Source of the DNA: Protoeuglena noctilucae
Taxonomy: Eukaryota
Assembly (NCBI GenBank): GCA_958009085.1
Contig: OY253668.1
Span: 124,001 to 188,000 of the forward strand
Length of the DNA stretch: 64,000 nt
Direction: 5' to 3'
Shown piece by piece: positions 32,540 through 45,829 of this stretch. Each line of letters begins with the position of its first letter. Position 1 is the first letter of the stretch. Under the pieces are notes generated by a model. It ran no database searches. It was not told the DNA's origin and saw only the letters and a list, made by a program, of their open reading frames with translations. Position numbers and translations under genes: made by a program.

Positions 32540-34512
32540 ATGGGCGACGCACCCATCTTTGCCAACCGACCTGGCTTCCCCGCCGGCCTACGGGTGAGCA
32601 GGGGCTCGGGGCGGGACGGGCGACGGTCGGGACGACCCAGCCCCAAGTCCCTGGGGCGCCAGAGGAGGCCCGGGAGGGATCCCAGACAGGCGCGGGGCGT
32701 TCCATCTCGCGCGTAGAGGCCGATCTTTGCGAGCCCGTGCCGTTGTGCCCGCGCATCGCCCGGGGCGGGGGCAGTCTCGCCAGCGCTGCCTCGATCGAAC
32801 CAGCCGCTCGTCTCCCTGCCGCCCGGGGCGGCGCTGGCGCCCGATCCGACCCCCTCCCGCTGCATCTCCTCCCCTACTCTTTCCTCGCAGGTCCTGGTCG
32901 TGGATGACGGTCCCGCGGCGGCGCAGGCGGTTGCAGCGCTCGAGGCGCTGACGTACCACGCAACCAAGTGCTCGTCCGTCGCGCAGGCGCTGTCCCAGAC
33001 GGTCCTCAGTCCGTCTCCTGACGTGTGCCTCCTGGAAGCCAAGCACATCATGCAGGCGTACGGCGGCAGGTGCGTGACCCGCCCTGGCGCGCGACGGCCA
33101 CGCAGCTGGCCCGACCGCCCGGATCCCGGACCCTCGCCGCCCCGCCCCGCCCGCGATCGCAGATGCTCGTCGCTCGGGGAGGCCCTGCGGCGCCTGGCCG
33201 AGCATCGCCACAGCCACGGCGACGGGGCGGCCCTCATCCTCCAACTCATGGCGCGCCTCCCCACGGTCCTCATCAGCGTCGACGACTCGCCGGACGTGGT
33301 CATGGGCGCCGTGCGATCGGGCGCCGTCGACTTCATCTGCAAGCCGCTGCCGGAGGCCAAGCTGCGCATCATTTGGCAGCATGTCGTGCGGCGGGGGCTG
33401 GGCGCCAGCTGGGGCGCGGCGCCGGGCCGCCGCCCCTCCAACGAGCCCGCGTCCGGGAAGACGCTGTCGGGCAGCCCCGGGGGCGGCGCGCCCTCGGACG
33501 GCACGCAGCCCATCCACGGCCGGCGGAGCAACGAGACAATCCCTGCGCGGGGGGAGGCGGGGCTGGGCGGGGTCCTGTACGGGCACGGGGCGGCCGTGCG
33601 CGGCGCGTCGCCCCTGGTGCCCGGCGGCGCGGGCGTCGCCGGGTGGGCGAGGGATGACGTCGACCTGCACGCCGAGGTGCTGGGGGGCCTGGACACGGAC
33701 ATGGGCGGCGGTAACGTCATGGGGACGCTGGAGGGGGGCGGGTGGGACGCGGCGGTGGACGGGTGGGGCGGCGGAGTCGGGGACGCGGGCCTGTCGCCGC
33801 CGGCCCCCTCGCGCACGCCCACGCCGGCCACGCACGGCCACGAGCGGCCCGCCACGTTACGCCACGCCATGTCCATGGGGTGCCTGCCGCGGGCGCAGTC
33901 CTGGATGGAGGTCGACGCGCCGTCCACGCCCCAGCCCAGCCACCTGCACCCCGCGCCGCACGCGCACGCCCCACACTTGGGCGGCTGGGCCGCCGCCCCC
34001 TCGGCCGCGCCGCAGTTAGGGAGCATGCGCGAGTGCATGCCGACGCCCCTCGCCGCCGCCTACTCCCTCCCCGACCTCAGCGGCCTGCGGGAAATCATCG
34101 AGGTGAGCTTTTGTTGACTTGCCGTGAGACGGCACACACGTCGCAGTGTTGGCCAAGGCAGCCCTGCGTGACTGAGGCACCGGGCCTGATGTCAAGGAGC
34201 GCTGGGGCCGGGTGAATGCATACCCCAACCATGCATGTCTTCACGTGTCCCACGCGTGCGGCCTCCGCAGGCCCACAAGAGCGGGAGGGCGCCGGGGACG
34301 GACGCCGACGTCTCTGGTCCCCTGGGCCTCAAGCTGAAGAAGTCAGACTCGTTCGTCAACCTCGTACAGGCGAGCTCGCATACTTTTTGCTGATGGACGT
34401 TATGGCTGTGCACAGGGTGGGTGGTGGCGCGACCGCAGCAATGGGCGATGCGTCCCGGCAACGGCCTGCTTACCCGGTCGCGCCATCGCAGGCGTGCATT
34501 GGAGAACAGTAG
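32540..34512 (+). CDS. Response-regulator-like protein with pseudo-receiver domain
   Basis: FPAGLR|VLVVDD..PDVCLLE..LPTVLISVDDSPDVVMGAVRSGAVDFICKPL..LRIIWQHVVRR is a plant/algal-type receiver with E at the phospho-Asp site; C-terminal GPLGLKLKKSDSFVNLVQ. Last exon inferred. Confidence 0.82.
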
Positions 34513-35611
34513 AGCTCCGCTGCCTGCCCCACGGCCGCGAAGGCCGACCTTCTGGGGGCCGCTGATTACGTCCCGATCGATGCCGACCCTCCGACAGCCC
34601 CGTGGGTTCCCCAGTATCGGAGCGCGCGCGTCCCGGCGCGTGACCTGGCCAGCCATGCGCCCAGTCGCATGCCTGGTTGATACGACCCCGCGATGCGAGC
34701 CCGGCTGCCCATGCGGCCCTCAAGCATCGCGGCTGTGAGAGAGACGGAAAGAAAGAACAACTCTCCCCTGTTTTCGCCCCACGTCGTTTGGAGGGGCCGA
34801 CATGCGCGGCGACGACCACCCCGCTCGCCCCCGGCAAGGGCGGCATGTCCGCGTCGAGGGGTCGCGGTGTCACCCACTTGGACCTGGACCGTCCGCGGGC
34901 ACGACAGCCGCGCCCCCGCCGCTTCCCAGTTTCACCCTTCCCAACGCAGAGGCTTCTCCTCACCTTGGTATGGGCCCCGCCCGCCTGCTTCGCCGCCCCT
35001 GTGTCACAGTGCGGCGCTGGCAGGGCTGCCCACATCGTTGTTGCATTTTCTCAGCTCCCCGGGGCGGGCGGCCCCCCATCCTATTGCAACCGCAGGCCCG
35101 GCTTAGACCCTAAGACCCAGTGCAGTGCCGGCAGCCTCGAACGCGGCCCTTGGCGCCTGCCCACCGCAGTGCTGCCACCCTGGCGGTCGTCATGTGCCAG
35201 ACCGCTGCCCTGCCCCACAGGAGCCCTCCCCTGCTTGTGTCTTGCCTCGCACGACCGTTGCTGCCCCCGTGCCTTGCCGTGCTCCGCCCTATCTCTCTCG
35301 CCCGGGCCATCCTTTGGCCCGGTTACCGAGCAGCCGTACGCCTGAGCCCCTCAGCCTTCCGATGCCTACTGGCCGGGAAACGCCTCCCACATGCTCCTTA
35401 GTTTGCTGGCGCCGATCCGATTCAACGATACCTTCACGATACGAGCCATGGACGGAGCCACGCTCTGCTGGAACATGGGCCGAGACCCAAGCGCCCTCGG
35501 TGACTGATCAAGATTCATAGACGCAAGCTGAGACGCAAGCGCGGTCATTTCGAAGCCTGTCTAACATCACCCTACATGAAACATACGTAGCAAAGGGAGA
35601 GAGCCAGGGCC

Positions 35612-37679
35612 TCACCACCGGCCGCCCCTCTCCCATTCGTAGCAGTCGCCCTGGGCGGGAGCCCCCCGCTGCAGCACCGCGTATATCCCCGCCAGGTCCT
35701 CCGCGGTCAGCTCGAAAGCAAAGACGCGCTGCAGCTCGGGGACGTGGCTGGCGTTGCGGGCCCCGATGAGCACGGCAGGGACCGCTGGGCGGGACAGGAC
35801 CCATCGGGTGGCCACCGCGGCGATGTCCGTGCTGTGGCGGTCCGCGACGGTCCTGGGGTGGCATGAGGGTGCTGGTGAGGGTGGTGGTGAGGGTGTTTGT
35901 GAGGGCGCCACACAGCAGAGGCGAAAAGACGGCATCAATCTGCTACCACCTCCTGTCCCCACCACTCACCGCAGCTCCTTCAGCAGCGCCTGGAACCAAT
36001 CCCATCCGCCCGCCTCCTGAATGACACTCGAGTACTTGCTCTTGGAGTAGGTGTTGACCGTCTGCAACACATGAAGCAAGAGGACTCCAATTGCCACATA
36101 CTGCATATCGGTGGCTGTCTGCTCTGTTGCATTGTCCAAACACCCACTGCATGCAAGGCACCCCACCCATGCACAGCGCCCCTCGCATGCAAGGCATCGC
36201 ATTTATGCACACTTATGCGCTCCTCGCCTTGGATGCCGCTGCCGACGACACGCCCAGGTACTTGTCCGTCAAAAAACCCCCCGCTAGCACTCCGTAAGGG
36301 AGCAGCGTGATGCCGTGTCGCTGGCAGTACTCTGACATGCCGTTCTCGGGGCGCCGGTCGAGGAGGCTGTATTGCACCTGCAACCGCGGCCAGGGGACGG
36401 GGCCAGTTGCGCAGGGCACATGCCACACAGGTGGAGCGACAGGTGCGACGGGAGCAGCAGCGATGAGGTGTTGCAGATACCGATACCATAGCTGGTGTGC
36501 TGCGGGGCTGGCTCCCACCATCTGGCGCACTGCACGACCCCTCTCACCTGGTGCACTGCGATCTCAGCCCCACCCTCCACCACCACCACCCTCACCTGGT
36601 GCACTGCAATCTCAGCCCCAGCCTCCACCATCTCCCGCACGCGCGGCATGTCGAAGTTGGTCAGTCCCACGTGCCCGAGCAGACCCTCTCGCTTCAGCTC
36701 AGTCAGCGCCAGAGCAGCGTCAGAGTACTTCTGCGCCAAAGGGACACGGCATGGGATGCCTTCGCAAGAGTGCGCAGCCCGCCCACGACCGGCATGCTCA
36801 AGGACTGCACTGGCAGCAAGCAGCGGTGTTTGGCTGTGTACCCATTGGCTTGGAACTGGCTGGGCATGGCTGGGCATGTGTGTCACCTTGGTCTTGTAGT
36901 CGTGCCAGTAGAGCTGGACGAGGTCGGGCTTGCGCCCCAGGGCCTGGGTCGACGCCTCGATGCGCTGGCGGACGGACGCCACCGTCGGTGCCGCCATGTC
37001 CCGGGGGTAGAAGAAACAGCACTTAGTCAAGATCTGCGGGGTTGGGTTAGTATCACTCAGCAGGAGAGCGAAGGCTGAGGAAAGCCACGGTCTCGACATC
37101 TCCCCAAGTGGTGGATCATTAGGTCGGTTACGAGGAAGGGTGCACGCGTCCAGGCGCTAATTGATGAGCGCCTCGCCTTCATCTGAGCGGCCTTGTCGCC
37201 AGCGGAGCGCACGTAGTCCCCGATCAGGCGCTCGCTGGGGCCGTAGATGTCGGCCGTGTCGACTGCCGTCACGCCTCCATCCAGAAAGGCACCAAAGTCC
37301 TCCACCGCCGCCCGCCCCGACGTCCGGTCCGCCGTATCATCTCTGGCGCCACCCTACGGGCCGCAGTTGCGAGGTAGTGAGGCATTTGCACGCTGCCTCA
37401 AGCAGCAGCGTGAAGGCTGCTGTCCATGGACCAGAATTGCGGAGTCCTCCTCGCCTTATGGCCACCAGAGAGCTGCCAGCATCCTTTCACGATGCGTGAC
37501 ACCGTCAGCCCCGGCGCGAGATCCGCGGTGGGAATTGCCGGCATTGTGGCAGCCACGGATCGACCCGAGCGATGCACAGCGCGTCCCGGCTGCCGCCTGG
37601 GGAAATGCCGCTGCGCACTGCAAGCAGGATATCGCAGTCTGCCAACCGTGACAACGTCGGCGGCTGCTTTGCAGGCCAT
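35612..37679 (-). CDS. Aldo/keto reductase family oxidoreductase
   Basis: SRIVKGCWQLSGGH, DTADIYGPSE, DLVQLYWHDY, GHVGLTNFD, HQ|VQYSLLDRRPE, LLPYGVLAGGFLTDKY, VLIGARNASH, GDCYEWERGGRW*. Start may be 37544. Confidence 0.93.
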
Positions 37680-38014
37680 GGTCGTTGATTCGCGTGCTTG
37701 AGCCTGACAGCAATGCACTCTGCACCCAATTGCCAGGGAGGGGCTCGAAGCCGGTCAGAAGGGCTCTCGGTCGTCTGGCAAAGGGCTACGCCAGTTGCGC
37801 TACTGGCACACGTCCCAGCTTTGTTTTCCTGCCGTGGAAATACACACGACGTGGCCTAATTGAGCTGGTGTAGACGACGCGCGTGGCTTCAGTAGATCTG
37901 AGGCATATTTCCGATCTAGTCAGCGCACAGTCCAGACTTAATCCTGCCCAGCGAGCGCTTTCGGAGGGGCCAGGGTCCGCCAGGCATACATAACCCTTCC
38001 GGAATCCTGGGCCG

Positions 38015-39647
38015 ATGGCTGTGCGCGCCTGCCAGGGGTTCGACCGCGCTACTTCTGCGTCCCGCTGCGTCGCCCCTTGCCCGGCTAATCCGGCCGCGTC
38101 GACGTATGCCCGGCGCTGCCCCTTCCCTCATCGCGTATCGAGTATCTCTCACAGAGGCTGGGCATCAGGGAGCCGCGTTTCGTCCCCGAGGCGCCTCGAG
38201 ATGAGCGCCCCGGTGGTCGCGCGGGCGACGGGTGGCGTCGTCGAGGCGAGCGTGGGCCAGACGCGCTCGCTTGAGGCGCAGAGGAGACACAACATGGCGA
38301 TCTTTCGTGCGAGCTCCACTCGCATGCGGGAAAATGCGTGGCCGCTCAGCGCCCCCCGGATTCCCACCCCCGCAGGCCGTCATGGCTTTGCCCGACGCTC
38401 AGCGCGACGCCGCAGCGGCGGTGTTCGCGGCGCTGGGTTCCGTCGTTTGGACGAAACTCTGGGATCGCATCGCCCTCAGCGGGACCATCGATCGGACCTT
38501 GTCGCGGAAGATTGGTGCGCGCTTGCGGCGCCGACAAAATCAGACCCCCGCCCCTCGCGACGGCGGCCGTCACCCGCCCCGCAGCGCGCACAGGTTGCCT
38601 CGTTCGATGCAAATGCTTGTCTGATGCCCCGCGCCCCGCAGTGCACATCACCACGGGCCCGCTCTTCATCCTCACCTGGCCTCTTTTCTCCAACGCCCCC
38701 TCCAGCCGCTACTGGGCCGCGGCCATCCCAATACTGAACGGCGTCCGCCTGCTCGCGATCGGTTCCGGGCTCGTGAACGACGAGGGCGCAGGTGCGTTCC
38801 GCAAATGGCGGTGCCTTCAGGCCAGGCCATTACGGCAGCTTCAGGACGCCGCTCACACGCGCAATGGTCGTGCCCCGATGCGGTGGCAACACCGGTGCGC
38901 CCGGGCGTTCTGGCGTCGCGCTTGCCGCACGCGGGCTTGCCGTCGTGCCGTGCGGATAATGTGATGGGGCTGCGCGGCTTGTGCTGTGCGAAACGTGCTG
39001 TGGCCCACCTGGTCCCCCCGGCCCACCCCGCCGCGCAGTCCGCTCCATTTCCCGCGCGGGCGACCGCTCCGAGCTTCTCCGCGGCCCGCTCGTCTTCTGC
39101 ATGGTCATGGCTGCCGCCACGGCGCTCAGCTGGCGCACGGACGGCATCGGCGTCGTGGCTCTGTCCATGGTGCGTGCTGCGCGAGAATATGGGAATCCGA
39201 TTCGCACGAAATGTTGCGCTTGTGCCGCCCTGCATTGCCACAGCCCTCGCTCGTACCACCCTCTCTCGGTTACAGTGCGACCCCTTCGTTCCCGTCTGTC
39301 GCTCGCAGATGTGTGGGGGCGATGGTTTGGCGGACGTGGTCGGACGCCGCCTGGGCGCGAACAACAAGATCCCTTACAACCGGAGCAAGTCTCTTGCCGG
39401 CTCGCTTGCGATGGTGGCGGGCGGGACCGTGCTGTCTGCCGGCCTGCTGGGCTACCTCTCGGCTCTCGGTTACCTCACCTACGACGTCTCCTCGGCGCTC
39501 CCGGCCATCTTCGCCGTCGCGGTGGGCTCGGCTCTGATCGAGACGCTCCCCGCGGCGATCGATGACAACTTCACGGTGCCACTGGCCGCGTGGGCACTGG
39601 GGGCCCTGCTGCTGCCCATCGGGGCCAGAGCGGCCGGGGTTTTGTGA
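38015..39647 (+). CDS. Phytol kinase / farnesol kinase (VTE5/FOLK family)
   Basis: LSRKI|VHITTGPLFILTWPLFS, RSISRAGDRSELLRGPL, MCGGDGLADVVGRRLG..KIPYNRSKSLAGS, IDDNFTVPL. N-terminal transit-like region; start uncertain (38015 or 38382). Confidence 0.92.
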
Positions 39648-39941
39648 GGAAGCCCGACACGTGCTATGCACGGTAGCGTTGGCACGGGTCTTGCTTCTTG
39701 CTAGGCGCAGCGACTCTGGGCAAGGGAGCATGGCCTTGCTGGGGAGTGCGCGTGGTGTATCGATCGGTGCTTCGATTGGCAAGACCCGTGACACCAGAGG
39801 TGTGGCGTTTGTGATGACAGGCGTGACGGGTATGCCTGATGTGCGGACTAGCAGCGCTGTAGCTGGCAGGATCTCTTGGCATGCACGGCGCTAGCGTATC
39901 GAATCTCTGCAACCATAGTCAGGCAAAGAGTGGATGTACAT

Positions 39942-41077
39942 TCAACTCCGTGCCGCGTCCTCGAACGCCGCGGCCGCCTCCGCGGTCAGCTCGTCCGCGA
40001 ACATGGCATCGAATATCCTCGGCGGGAGCGTGAACGTGTCGCAGCCCTCGCGCATCAAGGCAGCCACCTCGTCCACGCTACGGACAGACGCCACGAGCAG
40101 CCGCATTGCGCTTCCCGAGGACATAATCATGTCCTGCATGGCGCCCACGCTCTGCAGGCCGTCCCTCCCCGCGTCAGTCATGCGGCCCAGATACGGCGCC
40201 GCGTACTCGGCTCCCAGAGCCACCGCCGTCGCCACCTGGTGCGGGGCGTAGACGGCGGTGAGGGTCACTCGGGCGCCCTGCAGGCGAGAAGGACGAGAGG
40301 CAAGTGACGCAGCAACTCGTTGATGAATCCGCAGCGATAGCGTAGCACAGCGACTGGTGACCGCCTTGCATCCTCTTAGGAGCTCCGTCAGGCCCCACGG
40401 CAGCACCCTCGGCAGCACCGGCATACCCCTCGCCTGAGAGAGCAGCGTGTGGGCGGCGCGGACGCCCTCCAGCGTGACAGGGACTTTGACCACCACCCTC
40501 GGGCCCCTCTCGGCCGCCCCCAGCTCCGCAATGGCGGCGCCCGTCCGAGCCAACATCGTCGCCGTCTCACCCCACGCCTGGAACTGGATCTCGTGCATGC
40601 CCAGGCTGGCCGCTGCGGCGTAGAGTTTGCGCAGGGACGCTGCAGGGGAGCAAGAAAGTACCATTGGAGGTGACCAACAGGGCTGATTGGCACCGAGGCT
40701 TCTCTGTGCATTGTCCAGGCCCTCACCCTTTGTGCATGCCTTGCCGTCCCTCTGCAGGATGAGGGGGTTCGTCGTCACCCCATACACCAGTCCCGTATTT
40801 GCCCACTTCTCCCAGGTCTTGGGGTCCGCGGAATCTGCAAGCGACAGGGGGATCAGGCCCGAGAAGTCGGTGTGGGGCGACGGCGTGGCGGAGCTGCCGA
40901 GTGCAGCCAATACTCACCGAGGAAGAGACGCAGAGAGCCGCGGTTGGCCACCACCCGTTCGTCGACGGCCCTGCATCGGACCGCAGCGCGAGCGGCACCG
41001 CGAGCGGCAGCGGGCCGGAGGCAAACGTCCGTAGCGACAGCAAGAGACGCCGAGTGACACAGCGCGGGAGCCACCAT
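39942..41077 (-). CDS. Short TalC/FSA-family aldolase with fructose-6-phosphate-aldolase-type residues and a transit-peptide-like N-terminus
   Basis: RLFL|DSAD, GVTTNPLIL, IQFQAWG, VVVKVPVT (Schiff-base Lys), VTLTAVY, EYAAPYLGRM, LLVASVRS, CDTFTLPP. Confidence 0.9.
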
Positions 41078-41409
41078 GACCCACCGCGCCTACAGATGCA
41101 CACATCCGCTAGTCACGGGCACGACTGGCTCGCGATTGGTGCTCCGCGCCGCCCATCGACGATGGTTCAGCGGGATTCAGACATCAGAATCACCGTCCCC
41201 GGGCATCAACCTGTGCGCATCGTTAGCCCCACGTGGACTCTCACAGCTATGCATGAGACCGATTTCGATCACCAACGCTTTCCCTGTGCCAAAGCGGTTT
41301 CTCCGCTGAGGGCACACGCGTCGCTTGCAACAAGCTTGAGCGCGGCGGCGCTCGCGGGGCATAGCCTGGCCGTAGCTGTCAAGCCCCGCGAGTAAATGCG
41401 TCAGGGCCG

Positions 41410-44400
41410 ATGGCGTCTCCTCATTATTCGGCCGCGCTCGGCTGGCTGAGCGCAGTGCGGTCCGGGGAGCGTGTGGCCTGGGTCCCGAAGGGCGCGGGAG
41501 GAGCTTTGGGCCCTGCTCCCCTCTGCCCTTCATGCGAGCTTGCATCCAGACGACGTCGACTCCCTCGGATCGCCGCTTCCGCCGATCCTCACGGCGAGGA
41601 GGAGCCGCCCAGGCTGCTTGGGAAGGCGCAGGGAGGGATGTCGCTGCGGGCCCAGCTGCGGCTCATTCGGACGTTCCGAGACGCAGATAGTCCATCTCCG
41701 CGCTACCGCACCAAATTCACCAAGGTGCGGAGGCCGGGCGCGACGCGCGAGCATCACCGGTGCCGGGTCCCGTGCGCCACCCTCCCTCGCTTCCTTCTCC
41801 ACAGAAAAAGAAGACTGCGGAGGAGCTAGAGGCGGAGCGACGAGATTTGGAAGAGCGGGAGCGGCACCAGGCCCGCACGCGCACGTTCACAGAGGTGTAC
41901 GGGACCCTGGGCAGGGAGGGCGCTCCTCTGATGCTGGTGGATGGGTATAACGTCGTGATGAATGACAAGTTTCTCGCTGAGATAGTCGAGGAGGTGAGGC
42001 GTGATGTGAACATTCAGGATGGGTCGCTTGCTTGTGATGGTCGAGGGGGTCACGCGATTGTGATGCGACTGCCAACACGCTGGGGCCAGCAGTGAGGCCC
42101 ATGCTCCACATGCCTCACCAAAGCGCTGGGCTGCGGCTGCGCGCAGAACAAGCTCTCCGACGCCCGCGATGCCCTCTGCAAGGAGCTGCGCAGCTTCGGG
42201 GTCACGCGGCAGGTGGCCATGACGGTGGTGTGGGACGCCATGGGCTCAGGGCGCACAGAGAACACGGCCAGCAACGAGGTGAGCGGGCGGGATGCGCTTG
42301 TAATGTGTGTGCTTCCGAGTGCGTCGCGCGTTGGCCTCACAACGCCGTCGATTGCGTGGCTTGGCTCGTGGTCAGCGCTAGTGCTGCATATCCACTCACG
42401 CAGCCAAGGCCAGCCCGGTCACTGCAGGCTGCCTTGCTCTGTATTCAAACTCGCTCCTCTCGTCTCCTCTGTGCTCTCAGGGCGTGTTGGAGATCGTGTA
42501 TGCCGCGGTGGAGGACGCAGACACGTACATCAAGCGTCGTGTGAAAGAGGTGGCGGCGCAGGGGCGCAGGGTGCATGTCGTCACGGGGGACTACGAGCTG
42601 CAGCTGCAGTCGCGGGAGCTGCCGACAGACGGTGAGCTGCAGGGAAGGGGTGGATGACGGGGCATGGTGAGCTGCGGGGAGAGGGAGGGGGGTGGATGGA
42701 GGGGAGGGGACAGTGAGCGGTAGGGAGGGGGGGGGGGGTGGTACAGCGGTGAGACCAGGGGCTCAGCTCTTTAGTCTCGATCGTCAGCATGGGGTTCCCA
42801 CATTCAAATCATATTTGAATTTCCCTCATGCGCTGCAGGCCCCGGTGCGTCCGTGGTGTCGAGCAGGGAGCTCCTGATGGAGATGTGGCAGGCCCAGCGA
42901 GAGGTGGAGGCAGCGGCGAGGAGTCTGCAGCTCAGCAACGCGGCGAGGCGGGCCACGCTGGGGAGGGTGGGCGGGGACGCAGCGGACGCGCTGCGGCAGG
43001 TGAGGGGTGCCGGGTGGGGGTGGTGCTTAGAGGGGTGGGGTGGCATTGAGAGGGTGGGGTGGTGCTGAGGCTAAGAGGGGTAGTATTGATAAAAAAGGCC
43101 CTCCCTCTGAGTGCTTTCTTTGTTATGAGACACCGCACATCAACCAATCCAAACATCGACGCTGGCCCTCGCTCGCCCGCCCCTGCAGCTGCGCGAGCAG
43201 ATGATTTTGACTTCTCAATCGTCATCACCGCCCAGCCCACCGCCCCGGTTGCCTCGGTCCCCATCAACCCGACCGGACCATGCGCAGCATCAGGAGCCCA
43301 CGGTTCCCTTGGCACGGCAGGTGGTGTCGGCGCAGGGCTTGCGAGGGGGCCCGATGAGCGGGGAAGACGAGCCGTGCACTGTGGTGGTGGACGGAGACGC
43401 CCTGGCACCGCTGCTGGGGCTGGGGGAGGCCGAGAAAGGTGACGTGAGGTGAGGGCTTGTGTGTGGTGGGTGAAGGCTTGTGTGGGGTTGGCGAGGAGGG
43501 AATTCTGCTGAGTCGCTGAGACGTGTGGGGTTGTTGTCAGGCATAATATGTCTAGAGATAGTGATGTCCTTTGCTTCGACTCGATTATGCAGGGAGGAGG
43601 TGGCTCGCCGGCTGCGGCAGTGGGTGCTGGGGGCGCAGGTGCGGGCGTCGGTGCTGTTCGCCAGCCGGGCGGGCCCAGGCGGGGGCGGGAGCGTGGCGGA
43701 GGGGTCGCGTGCGCTGACGACGCGGGTGCTGCTGAAGGACAGACTAGACGAGGCGGACGTGGGGGCCGAGGTGAGGTGCAGCCCTATGTGCTATGTGACT
43801 GTGGGGTCGAAGATTGGTGCAGGTATGATCGACGCAGCTACCCCCAATTATGTCTCACAGGTCATGTCCCTTGTCGATGAATGTACTGGGGTCGTGGTGG
43901 CGGGCTTCCGATCATCGACGGAGCTGCGAGATGCGCCCGTGTGTGCGTTTGAGGGGCGGAAGGGGGTGGTGTTGATGGCAATTGAGGAGTTGGCGAGAGA
44001 GGTGGCGGAGGTGGAGCAGGGTGACAGGCGAGTGGTGGGGGAGGGGATGGGCGTTGGGAGTGGGCTTGGCTTGAGAGGAGAGGCGTCGGCGAGGGGCAGT
44101 GTTGGGGGGCAGTGTCCTGACGACCGCTGTTATGCATGAGAGGGGAGGAGTTGCAATAATGGGCCTTCATGGACCACTGTTGCACTGCCATGAGTGCTCA
44201 TCATGCTATCCATGGCGCACCCAGACATCGTGGCTCGACTGCTACCAGCTCCGACGAGCGCGGGCCGGACGGAGAGGGGCGGCGGGGCGGTGCAAAGGCG
44301 GCAGGGTCGGTGCCGCCGGTGGGGGATGGGACGAGGGGCGGTGCCGGGAAGGGTGTGTCAGAACCAGGGAAGGGCGCACAAGAGCCTAAGAAGGGTGCAC

Positions 44401-44870
44401 GCGACGCCAAAGTGGGCGTGCGGGTGGGGAAGGAGGCGAGGGTCGCGAGGGGTGCGGGGCGGGCGGGGGGTGCACGCAAGGCAAAGCGAGAGGGTCAGCT
44501 TGATGCCGGGGTGGCGGGTGGGAGGGGCGGGGGCGGGAGGGACGAGGGCCGGCGCAGGAAGGGCCGCGGGGCGAATCCAGGGGCGGTGGCGGGAGGGGTG
44601 GGCGAGGGCAGACGTGGGTCTAGGGGCAGCAACGAGCGGTCTGAGGAAGGCAGTGGGGCGAGGGGCGGGGGTGCCTCTGCGGCAAGAGGTGGTAAAGCCG
44701 AGAGGGAGGGAGCGGGAGAGGAGCGGCGTGCGGGGGCAGTGCCTGTGGTGGGCCGTGGGTTGGCGGGGCTGGCAGAAGAAGACGTGGCGATGCTGCGAGA
44801 GATGGTGGGCATTGACGGAGGGGGCCGGTGGGACGTGGCGGCCGTGGGGACGCCGAGCGAGGGCGCGTGA
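41410..44870 (+). CDS. YacP/Rae1-like NYN (PIN-fold) ribonuclease with long C-terminal extension
   Basis: LMLVDGYNVV, DARDALCKEL, VVWDA, LEIVYA..EDADTYIKR, VHVVTGD, VVSSRELLMEM; followed by a second PIN-like unit and a Gly/Arg/Glu-rich tail. Confidence 0.85.
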
Positions 44871-45829
44871 GGGCGGGGACCTCCGCCATGTACCCTCGAG
44901 CAGCCCCCAGGCCACGGTTTTGCTTTGCCAAGCCCACTATGGAGATTTGGTAATTGATGGGCCCCATTGCTGGGGCTGGTGACTCGACATTCTATGTCTT
45001 TCCTGCATCCACTTGCTCCCGGGCACGGCCTGTGTGTGTTTCGCAGCCACCTGCCCACTCGTCCCATCCCTTCTGTCCGGACCTCCACTTTCCTCGCCCA
45101 CTCGCGCCTCTGCCTCAACTGGCGCTCCTCTGCACAACTCTAGAGTAATACCTAGGGCTTCGTTACACCTGCGAGCCTCCATGTGATCATCGCGATTGGT
45201 CTGGTTTTTGAATACCATCCCGCATTGGCCTTGAACCATGCCGTTTGCTCGCGACTTTCAATTGCATATGCGCCAGCCTCGCGCCGGCGCCGGCAGAGCG
45301 CTGCAGGGCTGTCAACCAGCTGCGCCATGCCAAAACAATACTGGTTTCTGCAATACTGGTGGTACCAACGGGGGGGCATTCGCAACAAGAAAGGGCTGCC
45401 AGTCCGGGAGTGTCCGGTGCGAGTGCAATTGCTATCCGAAGACCAACAGTGCGGTGCCGAGCCGTGGCCCCGCAGAGCAAAAACGTGACGTGCTGTGCGC
45501 CAGGCGTGCCAAGGGCCCGACGAAAGCACGAAACATCGGGAGATGGATGCGTCGATCTCATGTAGAGATGGAACGAGCGACTCATCGGTCCCTGTCAGAG
45601 ATATGGGCAGACTGCCCCACCACAGAGGGCGTCCGTGAGTCGAAAGACTTTCAGCCGAGGTCAAGAGACTGCCCATCCATCAGGGACCTGCCGGAGAGGT
45701 CACCCAGGGGTGCAGAGACCCTGTTGCAAGCCTGCCCTGCCCATCCATCAGAGACTTGGTCGAGACGCTGCCCATGTGTGAGAGAGATAACCACTGGTCG
45801 TCGCCATGGGCATTGATGCTGCCCATGCA

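Noticed and set aside
32233..34038. Long antisense ORFs (601 aa here; also 48835-50559, 21768-22928, 18422-19270)
   Set aside because: Shadow frames of GC3-rich real genes on the opposite strand.
38030..38050. GGTTCGA T-loop-like motifs (also ~52527 and ~54867)
   Set aside because: No cloverleaf context; they lie within coding regions.
44871..45829. Lower-GC stretch with small ORFs and a short repeat (CAATACTGGT x2)
   Set aside because: Lies between convergent stops and is best explained as 3' UTRs; no terminal repeats, transposase or convincing ncRNA motif.
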